A stretch of 63,751 bases of DNA, from positions 71,548 to 135,298 of the forward strand of contig MGFA01000016.1 in the NCBI GenBank assembly GCA_001791645.1, read 5' to 3'. This document shows, piece by piece, positions 61,377-63,751 of the stretch (its first letter is position 1; each line of letters begins with the position of its first letter). The notes beneath the pieces were generated by a model. The model was not told where the DNA came from, ran no database searches, and worked only from the letters and a program-made list of their open reading frames with translations. The DNA is from Candidatus Uhrbacteria bacterium RIFOXYB12_FULL_58_10. Lineage in GTDB: Bacteria; Patescibacteriota; Patescibacteriia; UBA9934; GWF2-40-263. The translations under genes were made by a program, and so were the position numbers.

Positions 61377-62318
61377 CTAGGCCGCGGAACGACGGCGACG
61401 CAGGGTCGCCTGAAGAACCAGCAGGAGCGTGAGCACGGAGATCGAGCCGAAGCCGATCACCGAGCACCCGGGGCTGGCCTGCGGCTGCGGCGCGGTCGCG
61501 GAGGTCGGAGACCCCTGCGGCATGCCGTCTGAGCCATCCGGCTCCGACGCCTTCGGCTTGGGCGGTCCCTCGCCGATGGGCCAGTTGCCCTTGGGCGCGG
61601 TCACGGCCTGTATGAGACCGGGCGCCACATCGTCGGAGAGCGCGGACACGAGCGCGAAGTCGTCGCCGCCGGCCTGCCCGGGGTTGGACGACGACTCGAT
61701 CGTCACCACCTTGGCGAGTGCCCTGTCCAGCTCGGACGCGTTCTGCGCCGGCTGGTAGGAGTCCGCCATCGCGGCGAGATCGTGCGTGCCGTCCATGTCG
61801 AGTCCGATCACGTCGAGGCGGATGCCGCGCTCGACGGTCTCGGTGGCCGTCCGACTCATGATGTCGGAGTCGCTGGCCTGTCCGTCGGTGACGACGATCA
61901 GACGATAGCGGCCCTCGTTGAACTGCCTCCCGCGCTCGGCAAGCAGTGCGTCCGCGCCCCGCTTGATGTACTCGCCGAGCGGAGTGCTCCCGCCCGGACG
62001 GACCGCGTCGATCTTATCGTTCATCGCCGGGTCGCGGGGACCCAGCGGGACGATCCAGTCGTTCGTGCCGCCGAACACGCCGTTGAACACCACGATGCCG
62101 ATCTGGGTGTCAGACGGCACACGGGCCAACACCGACATGAGCGCCGTCTTGGCGACATCCATGCGCGACCGTCCTTGGGACATCCGATCGTTCATCGAGC
62201 CGGAGCCGTCGAGCACGACCACGATACAGTCGTGCGCCTTCTCCTCCGCGCGTGCCAGAGCCAGCGGGAGGAAGAACGCGACGAGCAGGGCGGCGAACAG
62301 AAGGATGATCTTTTTCAT
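61377..62318 (-). CDS. secreted von Willebrand factor A (VWA) domain protein with a C-terminal sorting-like signal
   Basis: Signal peptide; MIDAS motif VVLDGSGSM with later GGSTPLG and VVTDGQ. C-terminus GCSVIGFGSISVLTLLLVLQATLRRRRSAA. GGGGAGA lies upstream of the ATG. Confidence 0.85.
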   Translation of the reverse strand: MKKIILLFAALLVAFFLPLALARAEEKAHDCIVVVLDGSGSMNDRMSQGRSRMDVAKTALMSVLARVPSDTQIGIVVFNGVFGGTNDWIVPLGPRDPAMNDKIDAVRPGGSTPLGEYIKRGADALLAERGRQFNEGRYRLIVVTDGQASDSDIMSRTATETVERGIRLDVIGLDMDGTHDLAAMADSYQPAQNASELDRALAKVVTIESSSNPGQAGGDDFALVSALSDDVAPGLIQAVTAPKGNWPIGEGPPKPKASEPDGSDGMPQGSPTSATAPQPQASPGCSVIGFGSISVLTLLLVLQATLRRRRSAA

Positions 62319-62329
62319 GTTCGTCTCCC

Positions 62330-63751
62330 CTACAGATCGAAGTCGGACTGGGTGACCGCCTCGGCCGAGACGCGCACGAGCGCGAACTCGACGCGACGGT
62401 TCAGAGCGGCCTCGTCGGCGTTGTTCGCCTTGACCACCAGCGGCTCGGCGAACCCGACGCCGTCGGTCTGCACCTGGCTTTCGTCGAGCGCGATGCCGCG
62501 ATTCTTCGAGTAGGCGAAGAAGGCGTCGCGCACCGCGTCGGCCCGCTGCTTGGTCATCTCGATCGCCGCGGTCGCAAGCTCGCGCGGGTTGTCGCCCTCG
62601 GCGTACATCCCGTTGAACTGCGGGCTCGTGGCGAGCCTGATGACCTTACGGCCGGTCTTCAGATCGAACGGCCGTCCCTCGTAGAAGAAGGTGCGGCCGG
62701 TCGAGGCGTTACCCGACTCCTGGATGACGCCGGCCTTGACCCCGGCCCTGATGATGTTGGCCACCATGTGCGTGGGGTCGGCGTGACCGCGGATGACGAT
62801 GGCGGCGCGGGTGTAGGTCTGGCCGAGCTCGAGCATGCGCGCGAACTCCGTCTCGTACTTGGACCCGTCCACGCGCGTCTCGTTCTCCGGGAAGTAGGCA
62901 GTGAAAGAAAGCCGCGTGTTGTCCGAGAACGATCCATCCTCCTCCATCTTCTCGATGCTGTGACGCACAGCCGCGGCGTCGAAACGCGCGGTGTTCCTGG
63001 CAACATCGGTCTTTTCGAGATACTGCTTGAAGATCGGCAGGTTCCAGTCGACGACGCCCTCCGGGAGGGTCACCGGCGACTTGGAGTAGCCGAGCTTCAC
63101 TGCGACCTCGCCGCCGCGCCTGTTGAAGTACGCCCAGCTCGTGAGCGACTTGGCGTCGTCGTCCGTGAAGAACGCGACGTTGCCCGGGTGGCCTACGAAG
63201 CTGCAGTCGGCGACGAGCCCGGCCGCGTCCGCCTCTGAGCCGTCGGGCAGCGAGCCCATCAGGTCGCCGAGCTGCACGAGCAGCGCCCGGTAGTCCTCGG
63301 AGCCGCCCGCGTCGTACGCCTTCTTGAGCTCGACGATCTCTTCCTGCCCCTTCAGCACGCCGACCGCGAACTTCACCACCTCTTCCTTGTGCGAGGCGTA
63401 GAACTCCGGGTTGACGTAGTAAAGGTCCGCGATGGAACGCGTGCGCTCCGCCGTAGACAGGATCTGGTGCGCGCCCTTGACCGAGCCCTCCGCGCCAGTG
63501 CCGACGTTGCCGCCGGCCGTGAGCAGGAACATGTCGGGCGTGATCACCCAAGCCGCGTCCACCTTCCCTTCCTGGAGGAGGCTGACGGGGCTGTCCTGGC
63601 CGGTCAGGTTCTTCGCCCTGACGATCTTCACGTCCGTGAGCTTGAGCTTCGCGTCCTTCTCGATCGCGTCGACGTTCACGCCCTCGTGCGGTCCGTAGCC
63701 CTGCACCGCGATCTTCACGCCGCCCTTGAGGTCGGCGATGGTCTGGATCCG
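62330..63751 (-). CDS. fusion of a solute-binding-like domain and an OmpA-like domain, 5'-truncated by the window edge
   Basis: The frame stays open to 63751; the apparent start at 63718 is an internal GTG. C-terminal IVIRGHADP ... KQRADAVRDAF ... GVGFAEPLV ... NRRVEFALV is an OmpA_C-like signature with an insertion. Confidence 0.75.
   Translation of the reverse strand, partial: RIQTIADLKGGVKIAVQGYGPHEGVNVDAIEKDAKLKLTDVKIVRAKNLTGQDSPVSLLQEGKVDAAWVITPDMFLLTAGGNVGTGAEGSVKGAHQILSTAERTRSIADLYYVNPEFYASHKEEVVKFAVGVLKGQEEIVELKKAYDAGGSEDYRALLVQLGDLMGSLPDGSEADAAGLVADCSFVGHPGNVAFFTDDDAKSLTSWAYFNRRGGEVAVKLGYSKSPVTLPEGVVDWNLPIFKQYLEKTDVARNTARFDAAAVRHSIEKMEEDGSFSDNTRLSFTAYFPENETRVDGSKYETEFARMLELGQTYTRAAIVIRGHADPTHMVANIIRAGVKAGVIQESGNASTGRTFFYEGRPFDLKTGRKVIRLATSPQFNGMYAEGDNPRELATAAIEMTKQRADAVRDAFFAYSKNRGIALDESQVQTDGVGFAEPLVVKANNADEAALNRRVEFALVRVSAEAVTQSDFDL

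Overview
The 63,751-bp window has two compositionally different parts. All family calls come from motifs read by eye; no database search was possible.

**Left part, 1 to about 50.6 kb.** Hand-counted 60-nt lines give about 53% GC. This is a compact, mostly housekeeping bacterial region:
- secA, hpf, murB-murC, glyA-folD, dnaB, ybaB-recR and rplU
- a membrane-anchored Clp/Hsp100 ATPase and tgt
- a CIRCE-controlled hrcA-grpE-dnaK-dnaJ operon
- ribE/ribH and ftsI-murF

Interspersed among these are:
- GC-richer orphan genes
- a PP2C phosphatase with a coiled-coil tail
- a self-contained cassette with two radical-SAM enzymes
- a 970-aa surface protein with repeats
- a roughly 4-kb integrative island that ends in a large serine recombinase, whose last 41 nt are antisense to the 3' part of tRNA-Glu(CUC)

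**Right part, about 50.6 kb to the right edge.** Hand counts rise to about 70% GC. Eleven co-directional minus-strand genes encode:
- two fusions of a solute-binding domain to an OmpA-like domain
- a secreted VWA protein with a C-terminal sorting-like signal
- a 2-TM coiled-coil protein and a PspA/IM30-like protein
- a NitT/TauT-type ABC importer
- a tandem AAA+ ATPase
- a radical-SAM-like protein with CX4CX2C spacing
- a small methyltransferase

This cluster is my best candidate for an undescribed envelope system. It could instead be horizontally acquired DNA or an assembly chimera.

No rRNA gene, CRISPR array or transposase was seen.
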